NCBI GenBank assembly: GCA_026770705.1
Contig: JANJGN010000017.1
Span: 57,598,001 to 57,662,000, forward strand
Direction of reading: 5' to 3'
DNA length: 64,000 nt
Origin: Isurus oxyrinchus
Lineage: Eukaryota
Shown here: positions 23,410 through 36,052 of the stretch, in pieces
Layout: each line of letters opens with the position of its first letter
How positions within the stretch are numbered: position 1 is the first letter of the stretch
The notes under the pieces: generated by a model
Seen by the model: only the letters and a program-made list of their open reading frames with translations
Told to the model about the DNA's origin: nothing
The model's database searches: none
Made by a program: the position numbers and the translations under genes

Positions 23410-25235
23410 ACCTTCCTAACCCTGTGTCTTGGTGCTCCCCCGATATCCAAAGCACGGTTGGAGGCAACCTGCTGACGGCAAGGTCTGTGATGACCTTGGT
23501 AGGTATCCTCTGGAGAGTCGAGACCTGGAGGGGCCCGGCCTGCTTCCGGGGTCCTGCTGTGTCGCAGTGGCACCCTCCTCGGCCTGTGGAGCTGGATTTG
23601 CTGTGGTCATGGGAAGAGGGGATTTGATGGGCCAGAGTCACCTGGGTGGATGGTCCCAGGTGTCGAGCTGCTGGTCCTCCTTCCCATGGGTACCCAAGGA
23701 CCCCTGGCTGACTCCTTGAGGTGAAGGGGAAGCTAGAGTGAGATGGTGCTGCCCCGCACCGCTCTCACATTGATACTGTTGGAGGCCAACTATGCTGTCA
23801 GTGATGGAATTCAGCCCGCACAACAGTGCGGGACTGATGTCCTGGACAAGGGTCTCCATGGCAACTGCCAACCTACCAGTGTGGACCTCAGTACATTGAC
23901 ATGCTGGCACTATCACCCCAGGTTGAAGGGGGGGCGGACTCCTCCATCATGCCTTGCAATCTGAGGAGTGCAGCAGATATCCCTTCCTGATGTTCCCGAG
24001 TTTGCCTTTGCAGCTCCAGCAACTGAGGCATGACCGAGTCCAGAAGCTCGGCATCTGACTTGGACTCAGCAAATTTCTGGTCTCCAGCAGTCCTCTGAGT
24101 GTTGGACACCTAGGAAGTCCCTGCCACCACCTGCTGTGGATCAGACAGTACGATGTGCTCACCAGACTGTGATCCCGAGGCTACTCTAAAGCTTAGTCCC
24201 AATGAGATGTGTTTCTCTGCACTGGTGGAGATTGTGGATCAGCGCTGTGATGGGACTTCAATGGTTTCAGGAGATTCCTCTTCTGAGGTGTCTTCAGGGC
24301 TTGAGTCAAGGACCTGGGCCATGAACTCCCTTGGCTGTTTCCTTCTTCTGTGCCTGCAAAAGCAAGGGGAGATAATTAGTGCATGGCAGTGGCCTGTGAA
24401 AGAGGACACATCACTTACGGCATGGTTGTCTGATGGATGTTGCACTGCTGGATTCTCATTTGGTTGAGCACTGCTGACCTCACCGTCAGCACAGGAATGG
24501 TCCAGATCTTCACCGGCCAGTTGGATAACTCTATTTTTAAAGTCCGTGACAACCTCAATTTCAGGCATTCCTCCACCAGTCCGAGACCTCTCCTTTTTTG
24601 TTGTATGCCAGCTTGTCCTGCATGAATACAGATGGAGAGAGTGTAAGCAGGAGGCTAGCTAGGCCAGATGATAAGAATGCCTGGCATGTGTGGTTGGTGA
24701 GTGGTGCCGAGGACAGGATGAGGACTCGATCCACAGGGCAGATGAAAGTGTGTGAGAGAGTGAATGATGATGTCTTCGCAACCACCCCAGCCAACAAATG
24801 CTGCCGAGAAGTCAGTTGGTAGTCCTGCCACTGAGGAGGCCCTGAAAGCCCGCAAAACCTCCTTTAGCTGTTTCCTCATCGGGAGAACTGAGGGGAAATC
24901 ATTACCGAACTCCAGCGGTCCCCTGCCAACAAATGCAACTTGCCCAGTCGCTCCCTGTGGATGTGTGATGGGTTTGTGAGTGTGTGAGTTGAGAGTGATG
25001 AAAACAGTGACTTACCCTGGCTGAACAGAGATCAGTATTGGGTAGCTGTTCTCTTATGCAGGGCACTGATCAGCGCTGCCACCACCTCTTATGCTGGATT
25101 TGTCACCTTACTTGCTCACCTTCGCCCAGAGTGGGTGTAGAGGATATTGCGGTGGACCTCCAGTGTGTCCAATAGGCGCTCGAGGAAGGCATTGGTAAAT
25201 CTGGAGAAAGCATGTTTCCTCCCTTAGGCAGCCAT
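23410..25235 (-). pseudogene. Harbinger Myb/SANT-like gene, spliced, decayed
   Basis: MAA*GRKHAFSRFTNAFLERLLDTLE; exon 2 DKLAYNKK; exon 3 QLLELQRQTREHQEG ... LAVAMETLVQ. Confidence 0.8.
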
Positions 25236-25784
25236 GACTTTGCAGCAACTTCCTATTCCTTGAATAGTGCTTGCTCTTTGCAGGGGCAGCCTTTAAATAT
25301 GGCATCTGGTTTAGTGAAGGCCTGATGTGATGGTGGGAGGGGTGGAAGGAGTGGATGAAAGGCTGCCCTGCCAACAACCTGGCATGTTGCCCAGGAATGC
25401 ATGTAAAATCAGGCTGGATTGGGACAATACAGCATGAAAGCCCATCGTTGTGGCCGGCTGGTAATATGTCCTTTTTCCCGCCCACTACTATGCAGTGCAA
25501 ACCTGGGGCGATTCCACCCTAAGGACCGTCGCTTTGTACAGGCCTTGGACAGTACATACAGAGTGGCCTTTAGCAACAGCACTAGAATTTAGATTTTAGC
25601 TGCTTTGTAATTATTTCTTCATGACAAAAATGCATGGCATGAAGATGAATAAGTTAATTACAGTGATAAAAACAAAAAAACTGCGGATAAAAACAAAAAA
25701 ACTGCAGATGCTGGAAATCCAAAACAAAAACAGAATTACCTGGAAAAACTCAGCAGGTCTGGCAGCATCGGTGGAGAAGAAAAG

Positions 25785-25823
25785 AGTTGACGTTTCGAGT
25801 CCTCATGACCCTTCGACAGAACT
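25785..25823 (-). ncRNA. Minimal type I hammerhead-like motif (core CUGUCGA)
   Basis: AGUU-CUGUCGA-A-GGGUC augag GACUC-GAAAC-GUC-AACU on minus strand. Confidence 0.6.
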
Positions 25824-26198
25824 TGAGTTCGAGTCCAAGAAAGAGTTGAAATATAAGCTGGTTTAAGGTGTGTATGTGTGGGGGGCGGAAAGATAGTGAG
25901 AGAGAGAGGTGGGGGGGTGGGTGTGGTTGTATGGACAAACAAGCAGTGATAGAAGCAGATCATCAAAAGATGTCAACGACAATAGTACAATAGAACACAT
26001 AGGTGTTAAAGTTAAAGTTGGTGATATTATCTAAACTTAATGCTAATTAAGAATGGATGGTAGGGCACTCAAGGTATAGCTCTAGTGGGGGTGTTTTTTT
26101 TTATAATGGAAATAGGTGGGAAAAGGAAAATCTTTATAATTTATTGGAAAAAAAAAGAAAGGGGGAAACAGAAAGGGGGTGGGGATGGGGGAGGTAGC

Positions 26199-26880
26199 TC
26201 ACGACCTAAAGTTGTTGAATTCAATATTCAGTCCGGAAGGCTGTAAGGTGCCTAGTCGGAAGATGAGGTGTTGTTCCTCCAGTTTGCGTTGGGCTTCACT
26301 GGAACAATGCAGCAAGCCAAGGACAGACATGTGGGCAAGAGAGCAGGGTGGAGTGTTCAAATGGCAAGCGACAGGGAGGTTTGGGTCATTCTTGCGGACA
26401 GACCGCAGGTGTTCTGCAAAGCGGTCGCCCAGTTTACGTTTGGTCTCTCCAATGTAGAGGAGACCACATTGGGAGCAACGAATGCAGTAGACTAAGTTGG
26501 GGGAAATGCAAGTGAAATGCTGCTTCACTTGAAAGGAGTGTTTGGGCCCTTGGACGGTGAGGAGAGAGGAAGTGAAGGGGCAGGTGTTACATCTTTTGCG
26601 TGGGCATGGGGTGGTGCCATAGGAGGGGGTTGAGGAGTAGGGGGTGATGGAGGAGTGGACCAGGGTGTCCCGGAGGGAGCGATCCCTACGGAATGCCGAT
26701 AAGGGGGGTGAAGGGAAGATGTGTTTGGTGGTGGCATCATGCTGGAGTTGGCGGAAATAGCGGAGCATGATCCTTTGAATGCGGAGGCTGGTGGGGTGAT
26801 AAGTGAGGACAAGGGGGACCCTATCATGTTTCTGGGAGGGAGGAGAAGGCATGAGGGCGGATGCGCGGGAGATGGGCTGG
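26199..26880 (-). pseudogene. PLE polyprotein C-terminus (linker + GIY-YIG endonuclease), 5' truncated but open
   Basis: RVPLVLTYHP, AFRRDRSLRDTLV, CPRKRCNTC, NLVYCIRCSQCGLLYIGETKR, RFAEH, GLN. Confidence 0.93.
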
Positions 26881-27345
26881 CCTGGTCCACTCCTCCATCA
26901 CCCCCTACTCCTCAACCCCCTCCTATGGCACTACCCGATGCCCACGCAAAAGATGTAACACCTGCCCCTTCACTTCCTCTCTCCTCACCGTCCAAGGGCC
27001 CAAACACTCCTTTCAAGTGAAGCAGCATTTCACTTGCATTTCCCCCAACTTAGTCTACTGCATTCGTTGCTCCCAATGTGGTCTCCTCTACATTGGAGAG
27101 ATCAAACGTAAACTGGATGACCGCTTTGCAGAACACCTGCGGTCTGTCCGCAAGAATGACCCAAATCTCCCTGTCGCTTGCCATTTGAACACTCCACCCT
27201 GCTCTCTTGCCCACGTCTGTCCTTGGCTTGCTGCATTGTTCCAGTGAAGCCCAACGCAAACTGGAGGAACAACACCTCATCTTCCGAAAGAGACACATTA
27301 CAGCCTTCCGGACTGAATATTGAATTCAACAACTTTAGGTCGTGA
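26881..27345 (+). pseudogene. Inverted second copy of the GIY-YIG region, frameshifted
   Basis: ORF 26861-27247 repeats the same motifs; 2-bp deletion near 27213. Confidence 0.9.
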
Positions 27346-27718
27346 GCTCCCTCCCCCATCCCCACCCCCTTTCTGTTTCCCCCTTCCTTTTTTTTTCCAA
27401 TAAATTATAAAGATTTTCCTTTTCCCACCTATTTCCATTATATAAAAAAAACACCCCCACTAGGGCTATACCTTGAGTGCCCTACCATCCATTCTTAATT
27501 AGCATTAAGTTTAGATAATATCACCAACTTTAACTTTAACACCTATGTGTTCTATTGTACTATTGTCGTTGACATCTTTTGATGATCTGCTTCTGTCACT
27601 GCTTGTTTGTCCATACAACCACACCACCCCCCACCTCTCTCTCTCTCTATCTCTCCGCCCCCCGACACACACATCATAAACCAGCTTATATTTCAACTCT
27701 TTCTTGGACTCGAACTCA

Positions 27719-27757
27719 AGTTCTGTCGAAGGGTCATGAGGACTCGAAACGTCAACT
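27719..27757 (+). ncRNA. Minimal type I hammerhead-like motif (core CUGUCGA)
   Basis: agtt ctgtcga a gggtc atgag gactc gaaac gtc aact. Confidence 0.6.
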
Positions 27758-28039
27758 CTTTTCTTTTCAACACCCCCACTAGAGCTATACCTTGAGTGCC
27801 CTACCATCCATTCTTAATTAGCATTAAGTTTAGATAATATCACCAACTTTAACTTTAACACCTATGTGTTCTATTGTACTATTGTCGTTGACATCTTTTG
27901 ATGATCTGCTTCTGTCACTGCTTGTTTGTCCATACAACCACACCACCCCCCACCTCTCTCTCTCTCTATCTCTCCGCCCCCCCACACACACACACCTTAA
28001 ACCAGCTTATATTTCAACTCTTTCTTGGACTCGAACTCA

Positions 28040-28078
28040 AGTTCTGTCGAAGGGTCATGAGGACTCGAAACGTCAACT
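28040..28078 (+). ncRNA. Minimal type I hammerhead-like motif, tandem partner of 27719
   Basis: Identical motif 321 nt downstream on the same strand. Confidence 0.6.
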
Positions 28079-28212
28079 CTTTTCTTCTCCGCCGATGCTG
28101 CCAAAAAACTACGGATGCTGGAAAGTTAATTACAGTAACTGATGGAAAATAAGTCAATCCTACTGCTACTTTCTTCATCTAAATAGGTTTCCAGGCACAA
28201 AACTTAGATTAT

Positions 28213-28818
28213 GGGCAGGATTTTACGTAGGTGGGTTTGCGCCTGTCCGTAAAATAGCACGTGATGACGTCGGGCGAGTGTACCGGTGTTGTCACGCACT
28301 TGAGCGATATTTCGGTTGGCAGACGCACACAAGAGTTGGCAGCGTGCCCGACTACTAAGAGGCCTATTAAGGCCATTAATCAATTAATTAAAACCTATTT
28401 TCCGCTGCTCGTCCAACCTTACGGTTAGGCGGCCTTTGGATTTTTTAGGAAACCTCATCCACAGGTGGGATGAGGGTTCCAACATTATTTTAAATAAATA
28501 AAAATGTTTTGACAGAATTTTTACTATGCCCTTGTTCATATGGGTGAGGCCTATGTGGGGACATGTTTTTCACATTCTCAAAAGCTTTAATTCTGATCTT
28601 AAAATTCTTCAGCTCCCTGCTTTTAGGAACTTTCACTGTGTGCTCCCCCGCGCATGCGCAGATTTTTGACCTCACCCTCTTGCCCTGAACATCTCAGCAT
28701 GCCTTTCCCGCTGGCCAGCCGTTAATTGGCCAGCCAGAGTGAAATTGTGGTCGGGGGCCGATCGCAGTCGGCAGACCGTTTCCCGCCGCGCCTGCCCGAC
28801 AACACGAAAATCCTGCCC
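28213..28818. mobile_element. Harbinger-type MITE (palindrome-rich family)
   Basis: Perfect 12-bp TIR GGGCAGGATTTT / AAAATCCTGCCC; flanks TAT/GAT. Confidence 0.9.
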
Positions 28819-28878
28819 GATGCTTAAGAACAGAGCGGATACTCCATCTGCAAAGATCCTTATTTCATGAAAATGCAT

Positions 28879-29015
28879 GGACAGGATTTTCTGGCCCCAC
28901 CCATCGCCGGGATTGTCCAGTCCCGCCGAAAGTCAGTGGACCTTTGGCTGTCCTGCCGCATCGCCTGTGGTGGGTCCTACCAGGGCGGGGTCAGGAACTC
29001 CCCACCCATGCCTGG
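28879..29015. mobile_element. Short GC-rich MITE fragment
   Basis: ggacaggattttc start; core gtcccgccgaaagtcagtggac matches reverse complement of 60925-60947. Confidence 0.55.
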
Positions 29016-29183
29016 AATTTCATTAGGGGTCCCCAGCAGGTGATTGGCAGAATCCCTGTAGAAACAGCTAAAAAGTTTTGCCAACCTTCATCCAAAGTTA
29101 CAGAAAAGGGTCATGAGAACCCCTCAGAAATTCTCCCTCATGGAGATTAATAGCTTTGACTTATTCATGGTCCAAAATACCAT

Positions 29184-29625
29184 GGGGTTGAATTTTCCAG
29201 GGCCTTGTAATGCTTGCCCCCACCCCTCTTTAGAAAAGTAGGTCGCAAAACAACCAACTCTAAAAAAGGCTGCCCTGCAGCAATATTACCCTGCAGGTGG
29301 CCTTAACAAGCAGAGCTGGGACTTCCACCCCTAGTGGCAGGACGTCCCACCCTCAAAAGCTGCTGGCCAAATCTTCCCACTCTGATCCAGTTGCCACTAA
29401 CCAGTATATCAGACAATACAAGCGGATTGATAACTTTAAGTGGCCATTAATTGACCACTTAAGGGCCTCAATAGACCTAAGGGTGGGTGGGCTAGTCGAT
29501 GCCTTACCCACCCACTATAATGGTTGTTGGTCAGCAAAAAGGTGATGGGCTACCCACTCATCATATTTTACATGGCAATCCCCTCACTGAAAACACACCA
29601 GGCAGTGAGCTGTAAAATCCAACCC
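29184..29625. mobile_element. Harbinger-type MITE
   Basis: GGGTTGAATTTT / AAAATCCAACCC termini; CAT on both flanks. Confidence 0.8.
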
Positions 29626-31054
29626 CATGATTTGAAATAAGAAGTAATTTTTAGCGCAGAATTTCAAAGTTTGGTGCCAGGGTCTACAAAAACTTGAGGT
29701 GATCCCTGGGGTTCTACAAGGTTATTAAGATATCAGGTTTCTGTATATTTCTGTACAGTTTTTGTACATTATCAATAATGTTATTTCTTGTCACTGTTTT
29801 TTATGCTAGATATTTTCTCGAGTTCATTGCCACTGGCCATTCCTGTCAACGGGCCTTAAGTCTCCTACAATCCTGTTCCTGCCCAACAAATGATCGTGAC
29901 ATCCAGAGATCATAACAGGAAAGCCCTTACACTGTATACCAGCTACTGCTGCCACAAGATGCTTCTCTCTAAAATCGGACTGAATATATACTTTGAGTAA
30001 AAACTCAAAGAGGATATATTTAAATAAAGCTGTTAAATGAAGAGTTTTAGGTTTAAAACAGTGAATCATACATTTCACGATCCTCCTCACTACTTAAAAT
30101 ATTAAAGATGCTACTCACTTTTTCTCTATAGATAGGCTTGAAAACAGAAGCACTTTTCTTGCTCTGAGAAACATGCTGTAATTGCAGAACTAGCCTGTCT
30201 TTTCTGCTGGTTGGCACAAACTTAACGTACAGAACTTCTCAGTTGGCTGGAAAGCAGAAAACTGCCTGCTTTCCGTCACACTGTTGGCTCAGATAGATCT
30301 TTGAAAGATATACTGAAACAAAAGGCTGTATTTGCCTTATCAGTACAAAATATATTGCCAATCCTCGACAATAGTATACAGTGCTTGCCATGCTATGTGA
30401 AATTTACAGCCAAATGCCATAATTAGGACCTTTGACTCCACATTGTGATTTCCTTAACAACTCATACCTTGTGGAGTATACCAGCTGGTCTGGTCTCTGA
30501 GTTCATTATGTTTCCCTTTAGAAATATCCTGTGTGACCTTGGATTTTAACCCCTTATACACTGTTGCCAGCAATTAAAAAGTACGAGTTAAAATTTTAAC
30601 ACAGACAAAATATTTTTGTGATATTTCTGTTTCTGCGTACCACTTACTTCCACAATGATAGTTCTACTTTCCATTTGGTAGCTAACACCATCCTAGAGCT
30701 GGTAAGAAGGGAGTTCCTAAGAGTTTCTCAATGATTGCAAGGGGCACTCTTCAGAAAGATTAAAAAATCCATTGATTTGCACATAGCTAATTAAGGCACC
30801 AAATTTTTCTACCTAAAACAGATACCTTGCAAAAATATTTTATAATACGTTTCCAAGGACAATTCAAAATAATAGTGAAGACCTAAACTTACAACTTTTC
30901 TTAATTATTCCCAATGTTCGGAAATTTAGGGCAAATGTAGTTGCTCAGTTAATCTACTATATTCCATAACAAAAATAATTCCACCAGGAGGTTCAGATGA
31001 GTTTGTTTTGAGCTTCACCTGTGATGGGGTCCCTCACCTACCCCTAGAATGCAG

Positions 31055-31300
31055 AATCATGGAATCATAGAAAAATGCAGCACAGGAGACCATTTGGCCC
31101 ATCTTGCCTGTGCTGGCTGTTTAGTGGGTTATTGAATTAATTCCACTTCCCTGCTCTTTCCCCTTAGTCTGTAAATATTTTCCCTTCAAGTGTTTATCCA
31201 ATTTCCTTTAAAAAATTACTACTGAATCTGCTTTCACTCCCCTTTCAGACAGTGCACTTCATAATACAACAACTCACTACGTAAAAAAGGTTATCTTCAT
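31055..31300 (-). mobile_element. CR1 LINE 3' fragment
   Basis: agaatcatggaatcatagaa tail repeat followed by reverse CR1 3' sequence. Confidence 0.75.
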
Positions 31301-31461
31301 GCATTGGATAATCGCAGGCATCTTGCCCAGAAAATCATTTCTATCACCCCACAATGCAATTAGAGCTTTTAAATTACTCCTCCATAGTTTTATTTTGCAC
31401 TAGGTGCATTGTAGACATCTCAGGTGCCCGTTGTACTAAATGATCAAAGGCTACATATTTA

Positions 31462-32098
31462 ATCCCTGATTTTAACTTGGGGAAGTGAGGGGATTGTGCA
31501 AGGCCGGCAGGTGAGCGCCAGGTTTGTTAAGGCTCACTGACGTAATGCCCTCACGTCTCCTTTACATACACCAGTCCCAACTCCGTTCAATCCCAGTATC
31601 AATGACACCTGGCAGGTGGGAGTTGGGCAAGGGCAGTAGGAGGCCTGAAAATGTAAGAATGGTTACCCCCAATCAGATAAGTGATGGGGAAGGGAGCTCT
31701 GAGCCTTGATTTCTGTGTTAGTCGGTGCAGCACTCCTGCTCAGCTGGCCCACAAGGAAACCCTTCTTTAAAAATGGATTACCTTTCCAGGTCTATCCTAG
31801 GCCTGTAGCTCCATCATGCCCTATGCTCCCGATGAGCCCAGAACAGGTTGTCAAAAGTGACCGTCCAGCATTAAAATATAGTTAGGGTCTGAAAGGTATC
31901 ATCCAACCTCAATGTTTGAATGACAAAGAGACCCTCACCTGTCCAACGCAAGAGGGTCACTGACTGGTCAGAATGTATCTGACAGAATGACACGTGGCAC
32001 AAGGCCTTTGAGGATTGGGTGAGTAGGACACTGCAAAGATTTTAACCCTCTTCTACTTTCCCCAATCTTTCTGGGCTTGGCCGGGTTAAATCCAGGTC
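31462..32098. mobile_element. Degraded MITE
   Basis: cctgattttaac ... gttaaatccagg inverted termini. Confidence 0.45.
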
Positions 32099-34140
32099 TT
32101 TAAATTGCACCTCTTCTGTTTTCCTCAGAGAAAACCGGATTTTACAGACTTGCATACAGACAAATGTGACTTTGAATCACTTCAGTTGGTCCATTTCCAT
32201 TATTTCTCACATGGGGTTTGGTGAAAGTCACATATTTTTGACTGGTTCAGGAACTCAGTGTCCCATGTGACCAGGAACTTTGTGACATTTGACAGGAAGC
32301 TTGGCTGGGATACAGATGAACATTGCTGTGATCTGGCAGCTGCCTTCCTCGCAATATGTTATAAAGTGTAGAGAGAAAAGATTAGATGGAGAATCTCAAG
32401 CGCAAACTTTGTTGGAGCTCTCTTGACCTGAACTATTGTGATAGATAAGGTGTGAGAAATCTGTTAAATTTCATGCTTTCTAAATATTATTTCAAAAGGG
32501 ACAGTTAAAAAATGTGAGCTTTGCACTCACACAAATTAGGAATAGTTGACCCTGCCAGATCTTCCGAGGTGAACCTCATTATATATTCACTGTGAGCTCT
32601 TGCCCTGGATTGCACCTGCAACTCGGATCTGGCTCAATGGGGAGGCAGGAAATCCAACACAGCTCTTAAAGGGGATGTAGCTGTAAGTTAAAGGGGAGGT
32701 AATTTCATTGGCATCAAACATTTTGCATGCAACAAGTTAATCAGTGGAAAACAATGATGCAGCAGCCACAATGAGTTCAGACATTTAGTGATGCAACTCT
32801 ACAGTCCCTTCTTCAATAAGTAGGTGAAAGGAGAGTTGCCCCATTTGTCATTGAAGGGTTTCTTTATCACAGGACAGTCATCCAGATTGCCTGGGAGGAG
32901 ATGGACAAAAAGTCAATGCTCTGTTTCACAATCAGAGAATCTGGTGGCATTTGGGAGATTCCCAAACACTGGGGTTGGGAGAGGTAAAGGGGGTGGGGGG
33001 AGGTGGAGGCATGAGGTTGTCAGGGGTGGAGAGTGTAGGGGGTGAGAGGAGAACACTAGCTGTAACTCACTAGCAAGTAATGCCTGAAATGCATATTTTC
33101 TCCAAAGGTGGCACTGTAGCACTCCCCTCAACTTTGTTGCTAATTCCCAACTCTGCTCTCTCCAAAACGCGAGCCTGTTCTGCAAACAACTTTGGCTTGG
33201 GTATTATCAATACTCATCAGTTTAAGTGTGTTTCTTTCAGTTTAAAAAAGACAAGTGTTAATGAGTTTCCGCCACACCTTCTGCAAAGCCAAGGAAGTGA
33301 GAAGAGATCCTAGAAATTTCTTGACCAATGACTTGTAATAATCTTGAACTTCATATTCGTGTAAGGGAGAAGAATTAAAACAGCTGAAATGACAAAATTA
33401 TTCATACCTACACTAACATTAGTAAGACAAAAATACTGTATTTTAGAAAGAATCAGAGAGCATATGGGGTCAAGAATCTCAGAATGGGGGCTCAACAAAG
33501 AAGTGTTTGGGAAAGTATGTATGGCACAAAAAGTCACAGCTTGACTAAAGGCACAAACAATCTCTTTCCTAAACCACAAATGGATGGTCATAGTGCAAAA
33601 AGGCAATTCCTCACCACAATTTCAAACAAGAACCATTACCATTTTGAAGCTGTAAAGATGTTTCGACAAAGAAGTAATGAAAATCTTCAGTTTTGCTGCT
33701 GTAGAGAACTTGATCTTTCACCTTTTGATAGTTTATTCCAAAATCAAAGCGTATATACATGCACACACATACATCTGATATGCAATCTATATGAGATTTG
33801 TGAATTTTCACAGCAAAGTAACCAGAATATAACTGCAGTTGAATAATTTGACATTAGGCTTCAGATAACATAAGATTTTTATTTCAGCCAGTTTTTAAAC
33901 GTTAAAATTGATGTTTCAGAAAAAGCCCTATAGAGTCCTAAATTGCAAATGTTGAAAAAAGACTTAAAATAGCTCGGTAATTTCTAACAGAAAATTCACC
34001 AGCCAGAAAGTAGAATTCTGTGCTTTGGCTTGAATACCCTTGTGTGGAGTTCTGCTCTATGCTGAACAGGGAGCAATGTGGGTGTCTAGTAGAATTCAAG
34101 TATTGTCCTCATGCGCACTGAATTATCAAAGTTCTCTATC

Positions 34141-34241
34141 AGTTCCGAAAAAGAGTCATATTGGACTCAAAATGTTAATTCTGTTTTTCTCTCCACAGAT
34201 GCTGCCAGACCTCTGAGTTTTTCCAGCACTTTTTGGTTTTA
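34141..34241 (+). mobile_element. Old PLE pLTR fragment with decayed hammerhead
   Basis: agttccgaaaaagagtcatattggactcaaaatgttaatt ... ccacagatgctgccagacctctgagtttttccagc parallels 8238-8340. Confidence 0.7.
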
Positions 34242-35525
34242 TATCAAGTTCTCTATACTTGAAGTGTAATGTGATCAATCAGGCATTAAACTCCTAAACG
34301 CTCTGAGGAAAAATTGGACAAATTTTCATTTAACTCTGTTAATTGAAGCAAGAAGCAATAAATCTATTGTTCTAATTCCTGAATGCTGTTATAAACTTTA
34401 TGAAACAGGGTAGAAAATATAAAGGCAAAAGAAGTGGTATCATCTTCAGAAGCTTTCATGTTTTCATTAAATCAAAATGTGAAACTTGGAGAATACAATT
34501 ATGTCATATTAATTAAAAATGCAAATTACATCTAATTAGTAAATGCAAGATAATTTGAAAATAGACATTCTCCAACAAATCAAAACTGCAAGTCCCATAT
34601 TTATAAAACTTGAAGATTGTAATCTGCAAATGTTAAGGACAATTTATAAATTAATTATACTAATTTGGTTTAATTTATATATGCAAATTATGAATAATGA
34701 CTATGCAGAAAAGCCATTATTGAGATTCTCTGAAGTAGCAGTGGAATGGGAGTAGACAATTTTAGTGCTGTAAAATTGACTTGCTTTTTAATTAATTTTC
34801 ATCATTTAGAAAGAAATTAAACAAGTAAAACTCTATTTCTGTATTTTATGCTTGATGTCCAATTATCAATAACAAAGGGCCAAGATACTTAAATACATGA
34901 TGGGCTGTTGTATACATGTAAATTGGAAATAATTTTCCACCACTGAACATAGCTATAATATATTTAGAATCTAGTTTTCATTTCAAATACAGTTTATCTG
35001 TTTTAATCCTATATTCTCTGGTACCTCACAAGTGGAAATCCCTACAATTTTCAACAAGGCTAGAGAAATGGATGCATCACTCAACACTTAAGCAGATCAG
35101 TTTGCTTTCAGGCTTTGTAAAAGTCCCTCAGGCCTGTATGTGTGAAGTTTCTGAACAGTGGGTGGTCATAGGTACGGTCCACTGCCAGTAACCACGTGTC
35201 ATGGTTTAGACTACATTGTATTTCTCTTGTGGCTTCTATGTTGCTACTAAATAATCCGTCTGCATTTATTTATTTTTCCTGATTCCTTTAAACACCTTCT
35301 GGCTTTAACAGCTGCCTTCCTCTAATCCTCTACTTTTGCTTTCTGAATTCAGAATTCATCAAACATACTTAAGGCCAACAGTGTATCTAAATGCATTAAA
35401 TGCAGATGCCCTTGTAACTACAACACACTCCAGGATGCATCCATCATTCCAGTATAGATGCAGTCTGTGAACTCCTCTCTGCTGCCACTCAGATGTTCCA
35501 GGTTGATAACAGTCCACTAATAATA

Positions 35526-36052
35526 GCCCATAACTTCCGATCTTTGGGGCGTCATACCTGGGAGGTGCCCCAAAGATGCGCTGGGGGGACTCCTTCCCCC
35601 AGAAGTCCCCAGGTAAGGACTGCATGGCAATTGCCTGGGAAGTTCAAACTTCTGTTGAGCAATTACCCTACATTGGAAACCATCCATTTTAAATCATAGA
35701 CTTTGGATGGTTCTGACTGTCTTACAGGAATAGTTACCCAGGAAAAGTTAGAAGAATGAAATCCACTTCTAAATCCTGGGTAACTGTAGTACAGACCCCC
35801 ACCGCCCCACCTTCCTCCACTACCCCCCTTATCCCCCAGCTGCCTCCCACAACCTTCAACTATCCTCCTAAACCCCTGACTACTCTACTACCCTCCCTGA
35901 CTAACCACCTGACCCCCCCCGACTTACCCTCACCAACCCCCCCACCTCGACTACCATTCAGAAGGTCAGATGGGAAAGGTGCAGCTGCAATGTAAGTAAA
36001 TAGAAGCGGAGTAGCAATCCAACTGTGATTGCCATTCCATAGAAGTCCTGAC
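35526..36052. mobile_element. MITE (same family as 43476-44167)
   Basis: gcccataacttcc ... gaagtcctgacc; shared interior aattgcc...tagttacccag..aaaa...ccacttctaa. Confidence 0.6.

Larger units (their letters stand above)
17852..25519 (+). mobile_element. Full-length PIF/Harbinger transposon with four nested insertions
   Basis: TIR GGGTGGAAT / ATTCCACCC, perfect TAA TSD (17849-17851, 25520-25522), convergent transposase and Myb genes. Confidence 0.92.
25665..28122 (-). mobile_element. Young Penelope-like element (Neptune-like), palindromic, with extra tandem pLTR
   Basis: 14-bp TSD AAGTTAATTACAGT (25651-25664, 28123-28136); arms about 25760-26663 and 26881-27765 nearly identical; second pLTR about 27770-28102. 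Confidence 0.93.

Noticed and set aside
35359-35525. Possible minus-strand host exon ending at a gtatgt donor
   Set aside because: No recognisable protein similarity, weak acceptor, upstream part of the ORF is MITE sequence
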